Source: Gemmatimonadota bacterium
GTDB lineage: Bacteria; Gemmatimonadota; Gemmatimonadetes; Gemmatimonadales; GWC2-71-9
NCBI GenBank assembly: GCA_039588295.1
Contig: JBDHAB010000007.1
Span: forward strand, 10,829 to 74,828
Reading direction: 5' to 3'
Length of the DNA stretch: 64,000 nucleotides
Part shown: in pieces, positions 1 through 6,890 of the stretch
How positions within the stretch are numbered: position 1 is the first letter of the stretch
Layout: each line of letters starts with the position of its first letter
The notes under the pieces: model-generated
The model's input: the letters and a program-made list of their open reading frames with translations, nothing else
Database searches by the model: none
Told to the model about the DNA's origin: nothing
Translations under genes and position numbers: made by a program

Positions 1-528
1 GCGATCGAGCATCTACGGGCGGCAGGAGTTCGCATCACGATGCTTACCGGTGACAGTCGTACCACGGCCCAAGCCGTGGCGCGCAAGCTCGGGATCGACG
101 AAGTGATTGCTGAGGTTTTGCCTGACCAGAAAGCCGATGTCATCAAGGGTTTGCAACAGCAGGGGCGCGTGGTGGCGATGGCCGGCGACGGGATCAACGA
201 TGCGCCGGCCCTCGCACAAGCAGAAGTTGGGATTGCCATGGGGACGGGCACAGACGTCGCGATGGAGAGTGCCGGTATCACGCTGGTCCGGGGGGATCTG
301 CGGGGCATCGTGCGGGCGCGTCGCTTGAGCCGAGCGACGATGCGGAATATTCGGCAGAATCTGTTCTTCGCGTTCGTGTACAACAGCTTGGGTGTGCCTA
401 TCGCGGCGGGGATTCTCTACCCGTTCTTTGGAATCTTGTTGAGTCCCATCATCGCGGCGGCCGCCATGAGTTTTAGTTCGGTGTCCGTGGTTGGCAACGC
501 GCTTCGCCTCCGGCGGGCGCGAGTCTAG
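1..528 (+). CDS. copA: Copper-translocating P1B-type ATPase, C-terminal fragment (5' end lies outside the window)
   Basis: The frame is open from base 1 (same frame as listed ORF 40..528) to TAG 526-528. It has the MLTGD hinge, the [11 protein letters not shown]-type ATPase signature, and two terminal TM helices ending ...[18 protein letters not shown], as in CopA. Confidence 0.9.
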   Translation, partial: AIEHLRAAGVRITMLTGDSRTTAQAVARKLGIDEVIAEVLPDQKADVIKGLQQQGRVVAMAGDGINDAPALAQAEVGIAMGTGTDVAMESAGITLVRGDLRGIVRARRLSRATMRNIRQNLFFAFVYNSLGVPIAAGILYPFFGILLSPIIAAAAMSFSSVSVVGNALRLRRARV

Positions 529-547
529 TCCGAAGCTGGGAGGTTCG

Positions 548-1015
548 ATGCGAATCAAGCCGTGGATGAAACCCGTGATCGGTGCCGCAGCCATCGTTCT
601 CGCGATCGCGGCAGGCTCGTGGCTCAAAGCGCGCGATGCCTTGGCCGCAGACGTGACGGTCTATACCACTCCCACTTGCGGCTGCTGCACCAAGTGGGCC
701 GAATATGTCCGCGCGAACGGATTCTCGGTGAAGACGGTGTTCAGGGACAATCTGACGCCGATCAAGCGGAAGTACGACGTGAGCCCGATGCTCGAGACCT
801 GTCACACGGCGATCGTGGACGGGTACGTCGTGGAGGGGCACGTGCCGATTGACGTGATCAGGAAACTGCTCGAGGAGCGGCCGGACGCCAAGGGCATTGC
901 GGTGCCGGGGATGCCAGTCGGCTCACCTGGAATGGAGCAAGGCACCGTGCGCGATCGCTATAACGTCGTCCTATTCGATGGAATGGGAGGTATGACTGTT
1001 TACGCACGTCGGTGA
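548..1015 (+). CDS. copG: CopG/DUF411 periplasmic copper-binding protein
   Basis: N-terminal signal/anchor (MRIKPWMKPVIGAAAIVLAIAAG), the TPTCGCCTKW Cys cluster, and the later HVP and MP..SPGME motifs of DUF411. ATG 548 is preceded by GGGAGG with 5-nt spacing. The listed upstream start at 491 would overlap copA. Confidence 0.85.
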   Translation: MRIKPWMKPVIGAAAIVLAIAAGSWLKARDALAADVTVYTTPTCGCCTKWAEYVRANGFSVKTVFRDNLTPIKRKYDVSPMLETCHTAIVDGYVVEGHVPIDVIRKLLEERPDAKGIAVPGMPVGSPGMEQGTVRDRYNVVLFDGMGGMTVYARR

Positions 1016-1048
1016 CGGCAGCTTCGGTCAATGGCAGCTCATACACTT

Positions 1049-1077
1049 GCGGGTGCGCCGCCCCGGGGCGCACCCGC
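1049..1077. terminator. Bidirectional stem-loop between convergent copG and the minus-strand operon
   Basis: Perfect 11-bp GC-rich inverted repeat GCGGGTGCGCC / GGCGCACCCGC (1049-1059 pairs with 1067-1077) around a 7-nt loop. It lies between the copG stop (1015) and the TAA at 1119-1121. No clean U-tract on either side. Confidence 0.55.
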
Positions 1078-1118
1078 AATGTTGTGTGGCACTGCGCCTG
1101 GTGCGGGCCGTGCCGGGC

Positions 1119-1592
1119 TTATTGCACCACCCAATTCGACAAGACTCTCAGCGTGCGGTTCCCCCAAGCAGGATCGTTCGTGGCCAGCTGGACGCGAAAG
1201 TCGTGCGGACCGTCCATGGCGGTCGTCATCATAAAGCGCATGGAGAGCGTGGTTTGCTGGCCAGGTTCCAAGACCATCGACCCGATGGTCGGGATGGGCG
1301 GTCAGCACCCCGCGACCGCTTTCACCCAAGGAGCGTCGAGAAAGCGAAGTGCACCGTCTCCGGCATTCCTCAGGGTGAACGACGCCGTGACCCACTGCGC
1401 CACCGGGACGTCCCCTAGGTCAATCAAATCTCGGTCCACCTCGAGTTGCGGAGTGCCGCGCTCAGTGCTCGAAGTGTGGGTCTTCGTGCCTTCGGCGCAG
1501 GCGAGCACCGTCGCAGACATTGACGCGAGTGCGGCAGCCACCCACCACCGCCACCGCGTGCGGAACCGGAATGACCAACCCGTATCCGTCAC
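1119..1592 (-). CDS. DUF1573-like lipoprotein whose reading frame contains one in-frame TGA (1302-1304); selenoprotein candidate or recent pseudogene
   Basis: GTG 1592-1590 overlaps the upstream gene's TGA (GTGA). A signal peptide with lipobox follows (RWRWWVAAALASMSATVLAC). The sequence LIDLGDVPVAQWVTASFTLRNAGDGALRF...WVKAVAGC matches the first half of the DUF1573 fold. After TGA the same frame stays open for 60 more codons to TAA 1119-1121: PPIPTIGSMVLEPGQQTTLSMRFMMTTAMDGPHDFRVQLATNDPAWGNRTLRVLSNWVVQ. This resembles the second half of the domain. The nucleotides were cross-checked against the listed overlapping-frame ORF 1039..1395. Confidence 0.6.
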
Positions 1593-2623
1593 CGCGGTAT
1601 ACCCTCGATGTCGAAGTCGAACTGAAAGGTCCATAGGAAATCCACCAAGGCCCATGTCTCTTGGTCGGTGAAGATCGATCCCCAATATGGCATTCCTGTT
1701 CCCATGCCACCTCGCAGGATCTTGCCCTGCAGGAGGGCGGGGCGAGCCCCCAGCATGCGCCGAGGGTCCGTGAAGTCGGCCGGCTGCTCGAGATGGCTCC
1801 CAAACTCGAGTTCGGCTCGGTCGTAGCGTGTCGAGACGGTGCCGGATGCCAAGTGGCGAGCCATGACGCCGTCGCCAGCCCCCGACTCGCCGTGGCAGGC
1901 GGCGCAGTTGCGCGAGTAGAGCGCGCGTCCCGTTGCCAGCGCGTCACTCGTGGTGCCGCGTTGCCAGATGACTGCGACGAGATCCCACAGATCGATCTCC
2001 GACAGGTGTCGGACCGCTGGGTCCTGCTCGAGTACCGTCAAGATGTCGAGCGGGCTCATTCGTCTGAGGGAATCACCGTTCGAGTACCGGTCGGCGATCC
2101 CGACTCCGAGGGCTGCTCCTCGTGCAGCGGATGGCTTGCGGGCCAAACGGACCGTGGCGTCGGGCCGATTGTCGAGGTCGAGGCCGAGCTGCAGATACAG
2201 AGGCGGAGTTGGTGAAGGAGGAGTGAAGCCGGAATCGACTACGGTGATCGTGCCCCGCATCCGCCAGTGGTCCGGCCCGCACCAGCGCGTACAATAGAAC
2301 GTGTAGGTGCCTGCCTCCTCAAAAACGAGGGTCACGTCGGTAACTTCGCCGGGCTTGACGTCTCGGGATGGTTCATCGAGACGTCCAACCGCAAAGCCGT
2401 GCACGACGTCGCGTGAGGTGAGACGGAGTTGCAGAGGCTCGCCAACACGGACGGCCACGTCGGCGGGCTCCCATCCCCCTACCTCCGGCATGGACGCGTG
2501 GATCTCGGTTCGACTGCTGCTGCGAAACCAACGGGTGGCCACGAAGGTCAATGGAACCCCCAGGCCCAGTACAACCACGGTGCCGCGCGCCGTCCACTCG
2601 GCGACTACCCGACGAGCAGCCAC
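1589..2623 (-). CDS. Membrane-anchored cupredoxin with CuA-type ligand signature fused to a C-terminal mono-haem cytochrome c (caa3 subunit-II-like architecture, no subunit I partner)
   Basis: One N-terminal TM helix (GTVVVLGLGVPLTFVATRWF). DVVHGFAV...(35 residues after the His)...CTRWCGPDHWRM gives H-x35-C-x3-C-x3-H-x2-M. The C-terminal CAACHG haem motif with GMPYWG indicates a Met ligand. Start is uncertain: GTG 2623 gives a 19-nt overlap with the upstream gene, and the listed ORF start 2734 is also GTG. Confidence 0.75.
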   Translation of the reverse strand: MAARRVVAEWTARGTVVVLGLGVPLTFVATRWFRSSSRTEIHASMPEVGGWEPADVAVRVGEPLQLRLTSRDVVHGFAVGRLDEPSRDVKPGEVTDVTLVFEEAGTYTFYCTRWCGPDHWRMRGTITVVDSGFTPPSPTPPLYLQLGLDLDNRPDATVRLARKPSAARGAALGVGIADRYSNGDSLRRMSPLDILTVLEQDPAVRHLSEIDLWDLVAVIWQRGTTSDALATGRALYSRNCAACHGESGAGDGVMARHLASGTVSTRYDRAELEFGSHLEQPADFTDPRRMLGARPALLQGKILRGGMGTGMPYWGSIFTDQETWALVDFLWTFQFDFDIEGIPR

Positions 2624-3966
2624 AACAAGAGCCCCGTGACGACAAGGTGGAAAGCTGCTATGGGTGCGGTCCGTATGCCTGAGCGATAGGCACGATCTTC
2701 GGCGGCGAGGCGCCGGGTTGCGGCAGTCGCCCACCCGAGGCCCACCACCAGCACCCCCGCCTGGACGACGGGCGCCCAGGGCATGAAATACGGCGTCCAG
2801 CGAACGTCAACGGTCCCGAACAGGTCCCAGCCCCAGCCCATCGGGTCGGATAGGACCGGCCACAGGTAGGAAATGTTCGCGAATGCGAAGGAGAGGCTGA
2901 ACGCGATCCAGGCAGCGAGGCCCAGGGGTGTGAGGCCCGGCGCAAAGTGGTTCACTGTGTGCCGGATGGCGTGCCTCGAGCCCGATAGGACGTTGCCGGT
3001 CCAGACCGCAGCGACGAAGAGGCTGGGAATCAGCCCGAGGACCGCGAGCACGAATGCGAGCGCGTACCCCCACCAGGCGGCCGAGCCGATGGAATAGGCA
3101 GCGCTCTTGAGCCAGCCCCAGGGGCCCAGAAAAACGGCTGAGTAGAGCAGGGCACTACCCAACATGATGAGCGCTTTGAAGGTCTCATCGAGCGTGCGCC
3201 TGCGGTGATCGAACAGGTCCACGCCCGGTGGTCGGACGCTGATGACGACGTTATCGAGCGGGCAAGTGCGAAGACATTCCATGCACAAGCCGCAATAGGT
3301 GTTCGTAGTCATGCTGGCCGGGAAGATGTTCCAAGGACACCCATAGCCCTCGGCGCTTCCCCGATAGCAGGACTTCTCGGTGTGCGTGGTGCAGATCTCC
3401 GTGCTTCGGACCCGCAGCTCGACCGGCGAGATCTCAGAGTACAACCCGATGAAGCCGCCGACGGGACACACGTGGCGACAAAAGGCGCGCCGCTCGAAGA
3501 CCAGACTCGTGCCGATCGCCAGCAACAGAATCGCTGCCAGCACAAGTGCTGTCACACGAGGTTGGGTGAGGATCACAGCGCTGAAGAGCGCCATCAGCAG
3601 GAACGCACCGTTCTGCAGCCAGATGTTCCTGAGCGCCCGTGGCCAGCGTCGTTGGGGACGCTCCTGCCATCCGGGGCCCGGCCCCAGCACGGCACGGGTC
3701 TGGAGCCATTCGCCGGGCATGGGAATGGGGCAGATGCTGCACCAGCCCCGGCCAAGCAGCGGGACGGCCACGAGCATCAAGAGTGCCCACCAGGCGATCC
3801 ACACGAAGATGATGCTGAAATTTCTGTTGCCGACGGGGGTCCCGAGTAGGCCCGAGAGAATCACGAACACGAACCCGCCCAACGCCGCAGCGCGAGCCAA
3901 TAGTTGCGGCCAACGACTCCGAAGCAGCCGCGTGACGAACCGTGAACGCGTGAGTTGCCAGCTCAC
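2605..3966 (-). CDS. Polytopic membrane polyferredoxin (NapH/NosH/CcoG-like 4Fe-4S protein)
   Basis: Many TM helices. Motifs: WCSICPIP and FCRHVCPVGG (CxxxCP-type, embedded next to helices) and CGLCMECLRTCP (C-x2-C-x2-C-x3-C-P ferredoxin motif). GTG 3966-3964 overlaps the TGA of the upstream cupredoxin gene (GTGA). Confidence 0.8.
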   Translation of the reverse strand: MSWQLTRSRFVTRLLRSRWPQLLARAAALGGFVFVILSGLLGTPVGNRNFSIIFVWIAWWALLMLVAVPLLGRGWCSICPIPMPGEWLQTRAVLGPGPGWQERPQRRWPRALRNIWLQNGAFLLMALFSAVILTQPRVTALVLAAILLLAIGTSLVFERRAFCRHVCPVGGFIGLYSEISPVELRVRSTEICTTHTEKSCYRGSAEGYGCPWNIFPASMTTNTYCGLCMECLRTCPLDNVVISVRPPGVDLFDHRRRTLDETFKALIMLGSALLYSAVFLGPWGWLKSAAYSIGSAAWWGYALAFVLAVLGLIPSLFVAAVWTGNVLSGSRHAIRHTVNHFAPGLTPLGLAAWIAFSLSFAFANISYLWPVLSDPMGWGWDLFGTVDVRWTPYFMPWAPVVQAGVLVVGLGWATAATRRLAAEDRAYRSGIRTAPIAAFHLVVTGLLLWLLVG

Positions 3967-4457
3967 CGTCGGCTCTCTGCGAAACCGACGGCGATCGCCA
4001 GCAGCGCCAGTGCGGACGCACGCCAGAGCAGCGTGTTTGAGCCGACATGCAGCCTGCCGATCATGAAGGGGTGGAGCGCTCCACAAGTGACCGAGCACCG
4101 AAACCGAAAGGTGCCGGCTCGGTCCGCGACGAACGTGAGCGTTTCGGTCTTGCCTGGCTCGGCTGTCACATCGATGCCGTACCCGTCGAGGTACAGGCCG
4201 TGCACCATGTCGGTGGCGATCAAATCGAGGGTTACACGGTCACCGCGATTGACTCTGATGACCGCCGGTGTGAAGGCAAAACTCGCCGCCTCGACGCTGA
4301 CCTGCCGCTCGACGGGCTTCCGGAGCTGTGGGGGGACCGGTGCAGCGATGATGACGAGCGCAGCGAGGGCCCCAAGAACGTGTGTCCGATGCGTAGAAGC
4401 CGCACGGCGGAGCCACGTCGGCAGCGCTGCTGCCCGATCGTCACGCACCGGGGTCAT
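3963..4457 (-). CDS. Cupredoxin with CuA-type ligand signature, TM helices at both termini
   Basis: DMVHGLYL, then exactly 34 residues, then CSVTCGALHPFM (H-x34-C-x3-C-x3-H-x2-M, compare COX II CSE.CG..H..M). N-terminal anchor VLGALAALVIIAAPV and C-terminal helix LLWRASALALLAIAVGF. ATG 4457 lies 9 nt after the upstream stop. Confidence 0.8.
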   Translation of the reverse strand: MTPVRDDRAAALPTWLRRAASTHRTHVLGALAALVIIAAPVPPQLRKPVERQVSVEAASFAFTPAVIRVNRGDRVTLDLIATDMVHGLYLDGYGIDVTAEPGKTETLTFVADRAGTFRFRCSVTCGALHPFMIGRLHVGSNTLLWRASALALLAIAVGFAESRR

Positions 4458-4466
4458 GCCACAGGC

Positions 4467-5030
4467 TCAGGGGGGCGCGACCGCCCCGGTCGGTGGGCCG
4501 TACCGCGAGTATCTGCTGTGGACGAACGACTGGATTTCGCTCAGTTGCGCTTGCTGCCGCATGAGCCGCATGACGTCCTGTGCTATGTCGACGCAGATGG
4601 AACAACCCAGCGCGTGGCTGTCGAATTCGAGCGCCCCCTCTTCGGTGGGGGAGGCGAAGCAGCTCAAGTTTGAGGTGTGTCCCATCGTCCCGCACCCGCA
4701 GTAGCAAGGGATCTCCTGGAGGATCTCCGGGTTCGCCACGGCGAAGAGATACGCGTCGCGGACCGCAAGTGCCGCCGATTGAATCTCCACAGGTAGATGA
4801 TCGGGGTCCGCCATCGCAATCGGCTCGTGCCGGTCCCCGTCGCCGCCAGCGCACGCCGTCACAAACGCGGCCAGGATCCGAAGAGGAGCGGAGCAGCTGA
4901 CAATCGGTGATGACGTCGGTCCGCTATCCGCATATCGGCCTCCGAATGATGTTGAGACGTTGAGCACCCAACGGTGACATGATGCACCCCGCACACAGGC
5001 TGCGCCGTCGGGGTGGTTCACGGGATCCAC
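4467..5030 (-). CDS. PCYCGC-motif protein (probable lipoprotein, metal/thiol-related)
   Basis: EIPCYCGCGTMGHTSNLSCF plus a later GCSICVD motif, as in the PCYCGC family. A possible lipobox (LAAFVTAC) is present, but no canonical start lies just upstream of it. Candidate starts are GTG 5030, GTG 4967 and ATG 4814, none with a good SD. The 5' end is uncertain. Confidence 0.6.
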   Translation of the reverse strand: MDPVNHPDGAACVRGASCHRWVLNVSTSFGGRYADSGPTSSPIVSCSAPLRILAAFVTACAGGDGDRHEPIAMADPDHLPVEIQSAALAVRDAYLFAVANPEILQEIPCYCGCGTMGHTSNLSCFASPTEEGALEFDSHALGCSICVDIAQDVMRLMRQQAQLSEIQSFVHSRYSRYGPPTGAVAPP

Positions 5031-5148
5031 GTCACGGACGGTGCTGTTTCAGCGGCGGAAATGGGCGGGGGCCCGTCACTGGCTGGGGAGGAACCACCTG
5101 CCAAGTGTCTCGACCAGGACGAGGCCCACCACCCGCACTCCCGCTACC

Positions 5149-5775
5149 TCACTTTGAGCCGCCGTTGAATGTGTTGATGTACGCGAGGATGGCCTCGACT
5201 TCCTCGGAGGTCAGTCCAAAGTTGGGCATCATCGACGTTGAGCTATCGAACGTTGGATCGGCCATCTTGCGACGCAAATAGGTCGGTCCCCTGCGTCCAA
5301 CCACGCCGTTCAGTGAGGGGCCCACCTGTCCACCGGCGGATCCAACCACGTGACATCCGAGGCATGCCTTCTGATCGACTAAGTCCTTGCCGCGGGCTAT
5401 CACCTCCGGATTGGTCGAGGCGGCGCCCTCAGGAACGGTCGATGGTACCCGCGCCTTCCGTTCTCCGGTCGGTAGCGGTACTGCTTGACCCGGATCGGTG
5501 TTCGTCGCCTGCAGAAAGGCAAGCACACTTCGGACTTGGCCACCGGTCATATTACCCCGAGTCCGCATGTGGTTCAGAATCGTGACCCAATCACGATCGG
5601 TGCGCTCCAGCGGTGATCGCGGATTGTGACAACGACCGCAGAGATCTCCGTAGGCGCGCGCACCGGCTGCGACGGTCCCATCTTGGACTTGCGTCTGGGC
5701 AGAAGCCGGCACTGTGGCTGCCGTCGCGAAGGCGAGTGCGACAGCCCACAGCCATGCCTTGCTTGAGTTTGCCAT
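5149..5775 (-). CDS. Periplasmic dihaem cytochrome c
   Basis: Signal peptide MANSSKAWLWAVALAFATAATVPASAQ. Two CXXCH motifs (CGRCH, CLGCH), each followed by a Met-containing segment. GGAGGGGAG SD precedes ATG 5775. Confidence 0.85.
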   Translation of the reverse strand: MANSSKAWLWAVALAFATAATVPASAQTQVQDGTVAAGARAYGDLCGRCHNPRSPLERTDRDWVTILNHMRTRGNMTGGQVRSVLAFLQATNTDPGQAVPLPTGERKARVPSTVPEGAASTNPEVIARGKDLVDQKACLGCHVVGSAGGQVGPSLNGVVGRRGPTYLRRKMADPTFDSSTSMMPNFGLTSEEVEAILAYINTFNGGSK

Positions 5776-5786
5776 CGTCTCCCCTC

Positions 5787-6890
5787 CTAGAATCCAAACG
5801 CGATGTGGATCACAGCGCGATCGTTGTCAATTTCGGTTCCCTGCTCGCGGTTGAGCTCGTAAGCGCCCATTACTGCGATCGAAGGACTGAACCAATAGTC
5901 GAGGGCAACGGCGGCCTGCCACGCGCCCTCATCCTGGACCACGCCATCGAGCTCCGTGTCGAAGACCTGCGTCCACCGCACAATGGGCTCCCAGGCTCTC
6001 CACCGATACGCGAGCTGGGCGTAGTAGCCATGACGCTTCAGTACCTCGAATCCCGTGAGCGTTTCGACTTCCTGCCGAGTCTGGATGTACTCGCCGCGCA
6101 ACTCGACGCTGGCGCGGCGCAACTCCGCCGCCACGTTCCAGCCAGTGAAGTCGAGCACGTTTTGCTCGTCATAATCCCCGTTGAGGTATGAGATGTTCAC
6201 TTCCGCCCAGGGGGGAAGTGCTATGTCGATCCGTCCCCCGAACAGCTTGTCCGTGTTGTTGTCACTCGACGATGCCGGAATCTCCAATTCGGCAACGTCT
6301 CCCGGAGCACTGACCTCGCCAGCCGGTCCGTTGGTGGCGTAGCCTGTCACGCCGAGGTGCCACGGACCTGGCGTCACGGCACCACGCAGCATCACACCAA
6401 CGTCCGACAGCACGGGAATGATCGGCTCCGCTCCGAATTCGGAGACGTGGTGGCCGTAGAGGGGTGGTGCCGTTGGGAACTTGTTGATCCAGGTGGGATG
6501 CAGGCGCTCCCCGAAGACCCCAAAAGGAAGCAGGAACTTCCCCCCCACAAGTGTCACGTTGTCGCTGAGCAGTACGTCGATCTGCGCATACTCAAGCCCT
6601 GTTTCGGTCACGCCTCCAGTCAACTCGAACTCGAATTCCGCCTCGAAGAGCACCTTGTCCTGGAACTGATAGAGGAATACGGGACTCACGCTGGCGGTGA
6701 ACTCGTTTTGGTTCTCACCTTCCGGGCGAAACGCGTATCCCACCGTCCCGTAGCCAGAAAGCACGACGTTGTGCGTGGGAACGACGCGAGCGCCGAGAGC
6801 CTGTTGGGCGTGGGCGGATCGAGCGGTGAACAGCAGTGCCACCGCAGTCGCCCCCAGCAGCAGCCTTCCCTTAGATGAACTAGTGACCAT
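5787..6890 (-). CDS. Outer-membrane beta-barrel (porin-like) protein
   Basis: Signal peptide ending AHAQQ. Alternating amphipathic strands, many Tyr/Gly/Asp turns, no Cys, and a C-terminal ...VIHIAFGF aromatic terminus typical of OM barrels. ATG 6890 overlaps the upstream gene's stop by 11 nt. Confidence 0.6.
   Translation of the reverse strand: MVTSSSKGRLLLGATAVALLFTARSAHAQQALGARVVPTHNVVLSGYGTVGYAFRPEGENQNEFTASVSPVFLYQFQDKVLFEAEFEFELTGGVTETGLEYAQIDVLLSDNVTLVGGKFLLPFGVFGERLHPTWINKFPTAPPLYGHHVSEFGAEPIIPVLSDVGVMLRGAVTPGPWHLGVTGYATNGPAGEVSAPGDVAELEIPASSSDNNTDKLFGGRIDIALPPWAEVNISYLNGDYDEQNVLDFTGWNVAAELRRASVELRGEYIQTRQEVETLTGFEVLKRHGYYAQLAYRWRAWEPIVRWTQVFDTELDGVVQDEGAWQAAVALDYWFSPSIAVMGAYELNREQGTEIDNDRAVIHIAFGF

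Noticed and set aside
491-547. Upstream start for copG (listed ORF begins at 491)
   Set aside because: It would overlap the copA 3' end by 38 nt and add a non-signal-like leader. ATG 548 has a GGGAGG SD and begins directly with a signal/anchor sequence.
1302-1304. Possibility that TGA is generally reassigned (sense codon) in this organism
   Set aside because: TGA terminates many well-delimited genes here. These include the two GTGA start/stop overlaps at 1589-1592 and 3963-3966, and the PFK stop at 59924-59926, with protein ends at family-typical positions. Any recoding at 1302-1304 must therefore be local.
1012-1671. 219-aa plus-strand ORF filling the gap after copG
   Set aside because: It lies antisense to the DUF1573-like frame, which has a signal peptide, domain-like sequence and a coupled GTGA start. 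The plus-strand ORF has no motifs and would run through the bidirectional hairpin at 1049-1077.
5787-6890. Outer-membrane barrel as a Cyc2-type fused cytochrome-porin (Fe(II) oxidase)
   Set aside because: The protein contains no Cys at all, hence no CXXCH haem site. Only the general analogy to porin-cytochrome conduits remains.
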